Source: an uncultured Chloroflexia bacterium (GTDB taxonomy: Bacteria; Chloroflexota; Dormibacteria; Aeolococcales; Aeolococcaceae). From it: 64,000 nucleotides of DNA. The notes under the pieces are model-generated. The model was not told the DNA's origin. It was given only the letters and a program-made list of their open reading frames with translations, and made no database searches. Made by a program: the position numbers and the translations under genes. Location of the stretch: contig CAWCBS010000007.1 of the NCBI GenBank assembly GCA_963793875.1, positions 23,489 to 87,488 of the forward strand, in the 5' to 3' direction. Shown piece after piece: positions 8,995 to 17,662 of the stretch; the first letter of the stretch is position 1, and each line of letters starts with the position of its first letter.

Positions 8995-10539
8995 ATGGCC
9001 GGCAGGAGATTCGAGGTGGCAGATGTGGCAGCAGTGCTCCAGCACTGGCAGGCCGGACGCAGCCGGCGGCAGCTGGCCCGCAGCTTCGGCATGGGGAGGA
9101 ACCGGGTCGACCGGATCGTGGGGGTGGCCGAGGCGGCGGGGCTGACCCCGGGTGGCCCGCCGCTCAGTCGGCCGGAGTGGGAGCGGCGAGTACCCGAGCT
9201 GTTCGCGGAGCGGGTGGCCCCGGCCGCGGCACCGCCGACCCAGGAGCTGGTGCGGTTCCATGCGGCGATCGTCGAGGGTCTGGCGGCGAGCACGGTGACC
9301 ACGGTGTGGCAGCGGTTGTGCGACGAGCAGGGGCTGACCGTGAGCGTGTCGACCTTCCGCCGCTACGTGCGCCGCCACATCCGGGGAATGAGCCCGGAGG
9401 ACGTGACGGTGCCCAAGGAGGTGACGCCGCCGGGCGAGGTGGCCGAGGTTGATTACGGCCTGCTGGGGCGGTGGGAGGACCGGCTGAACGAGAGGACGCG
9501 CAAGGTGTGGGGCTTCGTGATGGTCCTGCCCTTCAGCCGGATGACCTTCGTGTGGCCGGTGCTGATCTGCGACCAGGGTGCGTGGGTGGCGGCGCACGTC
9601 GCCGCCTTCCGCTTCTTCGGGGCGGCGCCGCGGCAGATCCGGGTCGACAACCTGAAGACGGGGGTGCTCCGACCTGACGTGTACGACCCGCTGGTGAACC
9701 GGTCCTATGCGGAGTTGGCCGAGCACTACGGCGTGCTCCTCGACCCCTGCCGGGTGAGGAAGCCGAAGGACAAGCCACGGGTGGAGCGGGCCATGCCCTA
9801 CGCCCGGGACAGCTTCTGGAGCGGGCGCGAGTTCGCCATGGTGCCGGCGATGCGCGAGGCGGGGGCGGAGTGGAGCCGGGGCACCGCGGCCAAGCGGCCC
9901 CACGGGCTGCTGCCCGGGACCGTCGGCGAGATCTTCCAGGCGGTGGAGCGGCCGGCCATGCTGGGTCTGCCGGCGGAGCCCTTCGAGCTCGCCCACTGGG
10001 CCACGGCCACAGTGCATCCCGACTGTCGGATCCAGGTGCAGCGCCGCTTCTTCTCGGTGCCCTGGCCCCATGTCGGCAAGCGGCTGGAGGTCCGAATCGG
10101 CGAGCGGGTGGCCCGCATCTACGACGGCACCACCCTGGTCAAGACCCACGCCCTGCAGCCGGGTGAGCGCAACTACGTCGACCACGCTGACTATCCAGAG
10201 CAGAAGGTCGCCTTCCTGCAGCGAACGCCGAGCTGGTGCCGGCGCCGCGCTGTCGAGCTCGGCCCGGCGGTACAGGCCCTGGTCGACGACCTCCTGGCCG
10301 GGCCCCATCCGCTGGCCTGTCTGCGCCAGGCCCAGGGCATCCTCCGGCTCGCCGACACCCACGAGCCGGGGCGGCTGAATGCCGCATGCCAGCGCGCCCT
10401 GGTCGCCGACGGCAGCCTGCGCACGGTGCGCAACATCCTCACCCGTGACCAGCAAGTCGACGAGGACGAGCCGGCCGTCAGCACCGCCGGCGCTTTCCTC
10501 CACGGCGAGCAGCAGCTGCTCGAAGGGACACGGTGGTGA
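8995..10539 (+). CDS. istA: IS21-family transposase IstA
   Basis: DDE/integrase core with N-terminal HTH; partner istB overlaps; GTG alternative start at 8950. Confidence 0.93.
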   Translation: MAGRRFEVADVAAVLQHWQAGRSRRQLARSFGMGRNRVDRIVGVAEAAGLTPGGPPLSRPEWERRVPELFAERVAPAAAPPTQELVRFHAAIVEGLAASTVTTVWQRLCDEQGLTVSVSTFRRYVRRHIRGMSPEDVTVPKEVTPPGEVAEVDYGLLGRWEDRLNERTRKVWGFVMVLPFSRMTFVWPVLICDQGAWVAAHVAAFRFFGAAPRQIRVDNLKTGVLRPDVYDPLVNRSYAELAEHYGVLLDPCRVRKPKDKPRVERAMPYARDSFWSGREFAMVPAMREAGAEWSRGTAAKRPHGLLPGTVGEIFQAVERPAMLGLPAEPFELAHWATATVHPDCRIQVQRRFFSVPWPHVGKRLEVRIGERVARIYDGTTLVKTHALQPGERNYVDHADYPEQKVAFLQRTPSWCRRRAVELGPAVQALVDDLLAGPHPLACLRQAQGILRLADTHEPGRLNAACQRALVADGSLRTVRNILTRDQQVDEDEPAVSTAGAFLHGEQQLLEGTRW

Positions 10540-11456
10540 GGCCGGCAGAGCTGCAGAGCAAGCTCAAGACCCTCAAGCTCGGCGGCATGCTGCTCACCCT
10601 GGAGATGCGGCGGGCGCAGGCCGAGGACCAGCGGCTTGGCCACGTCGAGTTCCTGGCGTTGCTGCTCGACGACGAGATCGATCGGCGGCAGTCGAAGATG
10701 CTGGCCCAGCGGCTCCACCGAGCCCGCTTCGAAGAGCCGAAGACCCTCGAGGAGTTCGACTTCTCCTTCAACCCCCAGATCCCCGCCGAGCAGCTGCGCA
10801 ACCTAGCCACCTGCGGCTTTGTCGAGCGTCACGAGTCGGTGCTGCTCTGTGGGCCGGTCGGGGTCGGCAAGACCCACGCGGCGCAGGCGTTGGGGCACGC
10901 CGCCTGCCGTGCCGGGTACACCGTGCTCTTCACCAAGACCTCGGCCTTCCTGCGCGACCTGGCCGGAGGCCGGGCCGACGGCAGTTGGGAGCCTCGGCTG
11001 CGCCGCTACCTGCAGAGTGACGTGCTCATCCTCGACGACTTCGGGATGCGCGAGTTCACCCCCTCCCAGGCCGAGGACCTCTATGAGCTGATCTGCCAGC
11101 GCTTCCGGGTCGGCAGCCTGCTGGTCACCAGCAACCGCGCCCCCAAGGACTGGTACCCACTCTTCCCCAACCCCGTCCTCGCCGAGAGCGCCCTCGACCG
11201 CTTGGTCAACAGCGCCCACCACGTGATCCTGCGAGGCCGCAGCTATCGGCCTTTCCGGCGGCCGGACGGAGGCGGTTACCCAGCCGTCAACGACCCCGAT
11301 GACACCCCAGCCGGCCAGCCCGGCCGAGCGCTCCAGGCGCGACCCGCTGAGACGCCCCCGGAGGCCAGCGACGACCTCGACCAGATGTCGGATACCCCCC
11401 TTCCGGAGGCCGCCACCCGACCACACAGGAGGGCCGCCAACCCACTACCATCCTGA
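10533..11456 (+). CDS. istB: IS21-family helper ATPase IstB
   Basis: Walker A GPVGVGKTHAAQAL, Walker B VLILDDFG. Confidence 0.94.
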   Translation: MVRPAELQSKLKTLKLGGMLLTLEMRRAQAEDQRLGHVEFLALLLDDEIDRRQSKMLAQRLHRARFEEPKTLEEFDFSFNPQIPAEQLRNLATCGFVERHESVLLCGPVGVGKTHAAQALGHAACRAGYTVLFTKTSAFLRDLAGGRADGSWEPRLRRYLQSDVLILDDFGMREFTPSQAEDLYELICQRFRVGSLLVTSNRAPKDWYPLFPNPVLAESALDRLVNSAHHVILRGRSYRPFRRPDGGGYPAVNDPDDTPAGQPGRALQARPAETPPEASDDLDQMSDTPLPEAATRPHRRAANPLPS

Positions 11457-11549
11457 CCAGAAGACGGGGCACCGGGTGGCCTCATCGCGTGACCGTGAGT
11501 GGCTCCATCACGTGACCGCGGGTGGCCTCATCGCGTGGCGTTCGACATT

Positions 11550-12548
11550 TCAACCGGTCGTTGCAACAGGGCTCTCCAAGAGCTGGCTGAAGGCCTCGGC
11601 TGGCGTTCGCCACCCGAGTGTACGGCGAGGCCGGCCGTTCAGCCGGGCCGCGATGTCCTGCAGGGTGGCTGGGTCGCTCGGCATCACGGAAGCGCTGGGC
11701 AGGTACTGGCGGAGAAGGCCGTTGGTGTTCTCGTTGGTCCCTCGTTCCCATGGGGATCGGGGATGAGCGAAGTACACGGCGACACCGGTGTCAATGGTGA
11801 ACTGCCGATGCTGAGCCAGCTCAGTCCCCTGATCCCAGGTGAGCGACTGCCGGAGCGAAGTCGGCAGAGTGACGATGGTCTCGGCGATGGCCAGGCGAGT
11901 GGGCTCGGCGGCGCGTCCTCGGGGTAGCGGGACCAACATGGTGAAGCGCGTCGTTCGTTCCACGAGGGTCCCCACCGCGGAGTGCGCCCCCTTGCCAACC
12001 ATGAGATCGCCTTCCCAGTGCCCGGGAACCTTGCGGTCGGCGACCTCGGCGGGGCGCTCGTCGATGCTCACCATGTCGGCGATCCGATGGCGTCCGTAGT
12101 GGCCGCGGCGCTCCAGGCCGCGATGCTCCTTACCCTGCCTCAGGCCGGCCAGGAGCGAGCGCTTCAGCTCACCCTTCGGCAGAAGGTAGAACCAGGTGTA
12201 GATCGTCTCGTGTGACACGTGCATCGCCCCGTCGCTGGGGTTCTCCAGCTTGATCCTCTCAGCCACTTGCTGCGGTGACCAGCCCCTGGCCATGCCGGCG
12301 CACACCTGGGCCCGCAGCGGCGTCCCCTCCGCCAACTTCCGCACCTTAGGACGCCGTCGTCGCCAGCGGGCAAGCTCCGCGGCCCTGACGGCACGGTAGC
12401 CCGACCTCCCTCCGCCAGCTCGAACCTCGCGACTCACCGTCGCCGGGTTCCGGCCCAGCTGGCGAGCCAGCTGACGCATCGAGATGTCGCCGGACATCCC
12501 CAGCGAGATCTCCTCTCGCTCCTGCAGGGTCAACCTCGTTCTGAGCAC
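11550..12548 (-). CDS. IS30-family transposase
   Basis: LTLQEREEISLGMSGDISMRQLARQLGRNPATVSREVRA...; C-terminal LNGRPRRTLGWRTPAEAF. Confidence 0.95.
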   Translation of the reverse strand: MLRTRLTLQEREEISLGMSGDISMRQLARQLGRNPATVSREVRAGGGRSGYRAVRAAELARWRRRRPKVRKLAEGTPLRAQVCAGMARGWSPQQVAERIKLENPSDGAMHVSHETIYTWFYLLPKGELKRSLLAGLRQGKEHRGLERRGHYGRHRIADMVSIDERPAEVADRKVPGHWEGDLMVGKGAHSAVGTLVERTTRFTMLVPLPRGRAAEPTRLAIAETIVTLPTSLRQSLTWDQGTELAQHRQFTIDTGVAVYFAHPRSPWERGTNENTNGLLRQYLPSASVMPSDPATLQDIAARLNGRPRRTLGWRTPAEAFSQLLESPVATTG

Positions 12549-12622
12549 GTGGCACCTCTGATGGCGGCTGTTCGCCAGATCAGATCACCCCGTTGCGTTC
12601 ACCAGTTGAAACCGGCCCCTGT

Positions 12623-12661
12623 TAAGCGCGCAGCCCGCAGGTTCGCGTCCAGCAGGGGGTA
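12623..12661 (+). pseudogene. Tail of repeat copy 4, degenerate tRNA-Arg-like 3' sequence
   Basis: TAAGCGCGCAGCCCGCAGGTTCGCGTCCAGCAGGGGGTA aligns with 5546-5584 (TAAGCGCGCAGGTCGCAGGTTCGAGTCCTGCAGGGGGTA). Confidence 0.7.
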
Positions 12662-12891
12662 CTGGCCGGTCTCAATTCCGGCACGGCGGCGAGTTACGTC
12701 CCGCATCGCGGTGGGAATTGAGGCCCTCTCCGCGTGCTGACCGGGTACACAGAGAAGGCCACCGTGAGGTTCTCTTCGGACTGCTCAACCTTCAAGGAGA
12801 TTCACGAATGGCCCACCCCCACAGGCTACGCGACGTCCTCACGGAGGACAATGGATGCAGCTTCCGTCGGAGCCCCTCAAGGAGGCCTGAA

Positions 12892-13488
12892 GTGGGTCGA
12901 ATCGTTGTTATGAACCATGTGACCTTGGATGGAGTTATGCAGGGACCGGGACGCCCTGATGAAGACACCCGAGGCGGGTTCACGCAGGGCGGTTGGGGTA
13001 GCCGGTCCACATCGGCTGGCGACGCTGCGGGCAAGGCGATGGGCGAGAGGATGGCGGCCGGGGGCGGCCTGGCAGGGTGGCTGTTCGGGCGGCGCACCTA
13101 TGAGGGGCTGCTGGCGACCTGGAACGCTCGCGGTGGTCCGTTCAAGGAATCGCTGATCAACTCGCCCAAGTACGTCGCATCGACCACTCTCGAGGAACCG
13201 CTGCCGTGGCCCAACTCGACGCTGCTGGGCGGCGATGTTGCTGAGGCCGTGGGCGCGCTCAAGGCGCGATCTGATGGCGTCCTGGCAATCATGGGCAGCG
13301 GCGAGTTGATCGGCTCGCTGATGTCTGCCGACCTGATCGACGAGTACCTGCTGATGATCCACCCGCTGGTGCTAGGTGGCGGACGGCGACTGTTCCCGGC
13401 TAATGTGCGTGCAGCGCTTCGGCTGACCGACAGTGTCACCACGGTCAGCGGCGTAGTCATCGCCACCTACGAGCCGGCACGAGGTTGA
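12892..13488 (+). CDS. dihydrofolate reductase / RibD C-terminal-domain family protein
   Basis: MNHVTLDGVMQGPGRPDEDTRGGF..., LVLGGGRRLFP; AAGGAGG Shine-Dalgarno before GTG at 12892. Confidence 0.85.
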   Translation: MGRIVVMNHVTLDGVMQGPGRPDEDTRGGFTQGGWGSRSTSAGDAAGKAMGERMAAGGGLAGWLFGRRTYEGLLATWNARGGPFKESLINSPKYVASTTLEEPLPWPNSTLLGGDVAEAVGALKARSDGVLAIMGSGELIGSLMSADLIDEYLLMIHPLVLGGGRRLFPANVRAALRLTDSVTTVSGVVIATYEPARG

Positions 13489-13528
13489 TACAGGCAGTAA
13501 GCGCTCCAACTCAGGTGAAATCCAGGAC

Positions 13529-13577
13529 AGCGGGAGACGGGGCTCGAACCCGCGACATCCAAGCTTGGAAGTCAGTA
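13529..13577 (-). pseudogene. tRNA-Gly(TCC)-like 3' half
   Basis: Reverse complement reads CTTCCAAGCTTGGATGTCGCGGGTTCGAGCCCCGTCTCCCGCT (anticodon loop to acceptor strand); no matching 5' half. Confidence 0.65.
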
Positions 13578-13744
13578 GCTGCCCTTCGCGTCGCACCGAC
13601 GGCCTCGGCTGAATCCGGGCCGAGCGCTCGCCTGTCGCACCGGCGCCGTTAGCAGGGTGCGGAAGAACCCCCTGAGGGGCTTGCCAGGTTAAACAGGGAT
13701 GTGAGAGTCTTGCGGGGACGCGCCGTCCCAGCAGGAGATCTCGA

Positions 13745-13897
13745 ATGCGTGGCAGCCCCGATCTGCAGATGACGATGCTGACCACGGTGAGCACGGAGGC
13801 GATGGTCCCGGCGGATCACCCCCTGCGCCGGATCCGGACCATCGTGGACGCGGTCCTGGCGGAGATGGATGGCGACTTCGAGGCCATGTACTCTCGA
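13745..13897 (+). pseudogene. N-terminal fragment of an IS5/IS1182-type transposase
   Basis: MLTTVSTEAMVPADHPLRRIRTIVDAVLAEMDGDFEAMYS, then family homology stops. Confidence 0.6.
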
Positions 13898-14050
13898 GCA
13901 TCACCCCCAGCACCAACCTCCCCGGCAATTCGGACACCCAACTCCAGGCCGTGACCTGCGTGAGCGCCGGCGGCTGCTGGGCGGTCGGCTACCCCGGGGC
14001 CTCTGCCGGCCAGGTGGTGCTCGAGCTGACGGATCCGCCCGACGGCTGAG
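13898..14050 (+). pseudogene. C-terminal fragment of CWAVG-repeat secreted protein
   Basis: NSDTQLQAVTCVSAGGCWAVGYPGASAGQVVLELTDPPDG*, same signature as 46580-47939. Confidence 0.5.
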
Positions 14051-14617
14051 CCGCCATCGCCGTACCTGCTTCCCAGACGCGCGACGTCCTGACCGCCCGG
14101 TCTCTCCCCCCGGGCGGTCCCCCTCCTCTCACCTCGCTGCTGAGCCGATCGCCGCCGGAACCTCGCTGGGCAGCGTCTCCTGGGTCGTGAAGGTCAGCTC
14201 GACCGCGCCCGGCCTCCTCCAGACGGCCATCGTGGTGACGGACGCCCGACGACCAGTCGGCCGTCCAGAGTGCCTCGGCCGCTCTGACCTCGGTCCCAGC
14301 TCCTCACCGCCGATCCCTGCCACCGGGTCGCGCGTCGGCGGTAGCCTGCCGTGGGCGGCCGCGTTGGCGCTGATCGCGGCCGGCCTGACGACGCTCGCCG
14401 GGCGGCGCCGGGTCCTGATGGTGCTCCGACGCTCGCGCTGAGAGGTTGCGGCTGGAGACTGCTGTAGCTCGACAGGGGTGCTCCGGCTCGACGCGAACCC
14501 GGCCCACCGGCCCGCGCAGTGGCTCAGGAGCGGTGGCCCGGGTGCCGTCTCTTGGAGGCGAAGCGTGCCCTCCCGGCTACGGGGACAGCGAGCGGGACTT
14601 CCACATTCAGCAAGCGC

Positions 14618-15811
14618 TCACGAGTACCTCTCCACCAGGGTGTCCTGCACGCTGCCGTTGTAGTCATTGCCCACCGCCAGGCAGAACTGAGAGCTGCCAC
14701 TGACCGTGCAGCTGACCCCGGGGAGCAGATCGTACGGGCTCGTCGGGTCCACGGTGGTGACGATGCTCCACGTCGCGCCGTTCCACGCCTCGTTCAGGGT
14801 GCTGACGGTGTCCGGCGTCGTGTTCGAGCTGTATCCCGAGGCCATGCAGAAGGCGGACCCCGTGCACGAGACCGACGTCAGCCACGTGCTCTGGCCGCTG
14901 ATGTTGGGGGTGCTGAGCACGCTCCAGCTGCTCCCGTTCCACTCCTCGGCGAGGCTGTTCTCGTTGGGCCCACCGGAATACGAGGTGCCCACCGCCATGC
15001 AGAAGGTGGTGCTGCGGCAGCGCACCGCTGCGGGGTTGAGGTCGCTGGTGGTGTCGTCGACGATGCTCCAGGACGAGCCGTTCCACCGGACGATGAACTG
15101 GTCAAGGCCCGTGTAACCGACCGCCATGCAGAAGCTGGCGCTGGTGCAGCTCACGCCGGAGAGCTGCATGTCGTCGGTGCTGCTGGGCGCCGGCACCGTC
15201 TCCTGGCTCCAGGAGCTGCCGTTCCACTTCAGGCTGAAGGGATAGGTCGGCTCAATCGTGTAGGACCCGACCGCGATGCAGAACGTGGTCGCCTTGCAGC
15301 TGACGCCGTAGAGGTCGACCGTGGCGCCCGGTCCGAAGATGTGGGGCACGGGCATGGAGACCAGCGCGGTGCCGTTCCACTTGTCGAGGATCATGTGATC
15401 GGCGCCGCCCTTGTAGTAGCGACCCACGGCGACGCAGAAGGTGGTGGAGACGCAGCTGACGGCGTTGAGCTCGGCTTCCGTGTACCCGGCGCTGGGTGCC
15501 GCGGTGACGACGGACATCGTGGTGCCGTTCCATCGCTCGCCGAAGGTCCGGTCGTTACCGGAGGTTTCTTAGATGCCGACCCCGAGACAGAAGCTGGCAC
15601 TGGTGCAGCTCACCCCCGAGAGGCCGGAGAAGGTGGAGGGGCTGGGGGAGCTCACCACGCTCCAGTTGGGATCCGCGGCCATGGCTCCCGGCCCGCTGAG
15701 GAGGACTGCGGCCAGCACGGCCACGGCGATGCTTGCGGTTCGGAGGCCACGCAGGCCGAGCAGCCTCGCCGCCCGCCTGTCTGTGGAGGCAACGGTCGGT
15801 CGGTCTTCCAT
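14618..15811 (-). pseudogene. Secreted FCxAVG-repeat protein split by an in-frame TAA
   Basis: 15569-15811 encodes signal peptide + repeat ...CTSASFCLGVGI*, and the same frame continues ETSGNDRTFGERWNGTTMSVV... to 14618. Confidence 0.75.
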
Positions 15812-15899
15812 GGACGCTCTCCCTGGCGGGGGAGGCTCGAAGCCCCCCTGACGAACTGGACCCGCTTCCTCGGTCCCACCCTCTCGTCGCCGAGCTCTC

Positions 15900-17543
15900 C
15901 TACGCCCGGGCCGGCTCCTCCGCCTCCCGGCGCGACCCCACCAGCGCCAACCCTTCGGGTTCCCGAATGTCCTCGTAGGCGACCGTCCGCTGGGTGAAGA
16001 ACCCGTTCTTGTTGACGAGCGCCGCCACCACCGTCAGGGGGATGCCGAGGCCGAGGGTGATCAGCACCGGGATGGCGGCACCCACCCCTTGGACGATCAC
16101 CTGGTAGCCGATCCAGAAGAGGAAGGCACCCCCGATGAGGGGCAGGATCCCGATCAGGACGAGGTTCCGCACGCTCTTGAGCAGCACCTTCCGGAAGGCC
16201 CAGGCACAGGCGATGCCGGTCGCTCCGTAGTAGATCGCGACCAGGATGCCGATGTCCGAGATCATGTTGGCGAAGGTGCTGTTGATGTTCGCGTTCAGGG
16301 TGGTGAGCAGGATGCCCAGGCTGCAGAGCAGGAAGGTGATGATGGTCCCCACCCAGGGCGTCTGCCAGCTCTTGTGGATCAGCCCGAATATCCCGGGGAA
16401 GACCCCATCGCGGGCCATGGCGAAGCTGAGCCGGCTCGAGGGCAGCAGGGTGGTCTGGGTGGTGGCGAGGCTCGAGCTGAGGATGGCGATGGCCATCAGG
16501 AAGCTGATCGGGGCGGGCGCCAGCCGGGTGGCGAAGTACACCAGCGTGTTGGCTCCCTGGTTGTTGATCTGAGCCGCTCCGAGCAGCGACTGCATGGCGG
16601 TGGCCGCGATCAGGAACAGCGCCAGCAGGATCACCATGCTGATCATCCCGGCCCGTCCGGGGTTCTCACGGTTGTCGCTCCCCTCCTCGTTGAGGTTGGC
16701 GGCGGTGTCCCAGCCCCAGAAGAAGAAGACGCCCAGCACGGCTCCGCCGGCCAGCCCGGTGAAGCCCTGGAGCGAGAAGGGGTTGAACCACGACCAGGTC
16801 ACCCCGATCGAACCGGCCGGGTGGGAGGTCAGCACCTTGACGAAGGCGAGCACGGAGAAGAGGAGGACCACCAGGTACTCGATGGTGACCATCACCCACT
16901 GGGCGTTGGCGGTGATCCGGATCCCCCGAGCCACCATCCAGGTGACGAACGCGAGCAGGGCGAAACCGGCCAGCGCGATGAGCGCGCTGTTGGTGGCGGC
17001 TCCCGAGCTGATCCAACCGAACTGCCCGGGCCCGAGGAGCGCGAGCCCCACCGAGGCAGCGAAGAGCGGCGCCGAGATGCAGAAGATGACGTTGCAGGCT
17101 AGCTGGACCCAGCCCGTGAACCAGCCGATGTGGGGGTTGACGGTCCGCGCGATCCAGCTGTACGAGGCGCCGCAGTTGGGGTCCCGGCGGTTCAGGTAGC
17201 TGTACGCCATGGCGATGAAGAAGACCGGGAAGAAGCTCACCAAGATCGCCGCCGGGGCGGCGAGCCCCACCCCGGTGGCGGCCACCACCAGGAAGAGCGT
17301 GGTGCCGAGGCTGTAGGCGGGAGCCACGCTCGCGGTGGCGACCGCGGTGGTGTCGAGGAGGTTGAGCTCGCCAGCCTTGAGCCCCTGCGCCGGGGGCGGG
17401 AGCATGTCGGGAGCAGCCAGCATTATCTCCGCCATGGGGGCTCTCCTCGCCGGAGCATAACTACTGCCTAAGAGCAGATTGAAAAAACGGTAAAGGACCC
17501 GGGAGAGCGTGTCAAGCCTGGCGTCCCAACTTGACCCGGCCAC
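15900..17543 (-). CDS. APC-family amino acid permease
   Basis: 547 aa multi-TM sequence, APC signatures. Confidence 0.85.
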   Translation of the reverse strand: MAGSSWDARLDTLSRVLYRFFNLLLGSSYAPARRAPMAEIMLAAPDMLPPPAQGLKAGELNLLDTTAVATASVAPAYSLGTTLFLVVAATGVGLAAPAAILVSFFPVFFIAMAYSYLNRRDPNCGASYSWIARTVNPHIGWFTGWVQLACNVIFCISAPLFAASVGLALLGPGQFGWISSGAATNSALIALAGFALLAFVTWMVARGIRITANAQWVMVTIEYLVVLLFSVLAFVKVLTSHPAGSIGVTWSWFNPFSLQGFTGLAGGAVLGVFFFWGWDTAANLNEEGSDNRENPGRAGMISMVILLALFLIAATAMQSLLGAAQINNQGANTLVYFATRLAPAPISFLMAIAILSSSLATTQTTLLPSSRLSFAMARDGVFPGIFGLIHKSWQTPWVGTIITFLLCSLGILLTTLNANINSTFANMISDIGILVAIYYGATGIACAWAFRKVLLKSVRNLVLIGILPLIGGAFLFWIGYQVIVQGVGAAIPVLITLGLGIPLTVVAALVNKNGFFTQRTVAYEDIREPEGLALVGSRREAEEPARA

Positions 17544-17662
17544 CGGCCTCCACTACCCTTCGAGGTAATCCTGCAAGGGTTCGCCGGCCTTCGTGACCCT
17601 GGCGCCGCGCAACCCCTGCACCGGAGAGGGCGCCTGGGCCCGGCGCCTCGAGGGAGAACCCC

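Larger units (their letters stand above)
8830..11547 (+). mobile_element. IS21-family element nested in the IS30 terminal repeat
   Basis: Ends TGTCGACGGTCACGCAATGAGGCCAC / GTGGCCTCATCGCGTGGCGTTCGACA, 6-bp TTTCAA duplication (8824-8829, 11548-11553), istA/istB inside. Confidence 0.93.
8813..12622 (-). mobile_element. IS30-family element, interrupted by an IS21-family element
   Basis: Outer IRs ACAGGGGCCGGTTTCAA / TTGAAACCGGCCCCTGT with TA duplication (8811-8812, 12623-12624); IS30 transposase inside; ~1086 bp after removing the nested IS and one TSD. Confidence 0.9.

Noticed and set aside
8820-11560. Two independent neighbouring IS elements rather than nested ones
   Set aside because: Both IS21 flanks carry TTTCAA, and excision restores a perfect IS30 IR matching the distal end, which proves nesting.
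800-12661. CRISPR array
   Set aside because: Repeats are >100 bp, only four copies, spaced 1-4 kb apart, and no cas genes are present.
800-12661. Classical integron cassette array
   Set aside because: No IntI-type integrase and no attC R/L box palindromes recognised; the modules contain more than one gene and IS elements. Kept only as an analogy.
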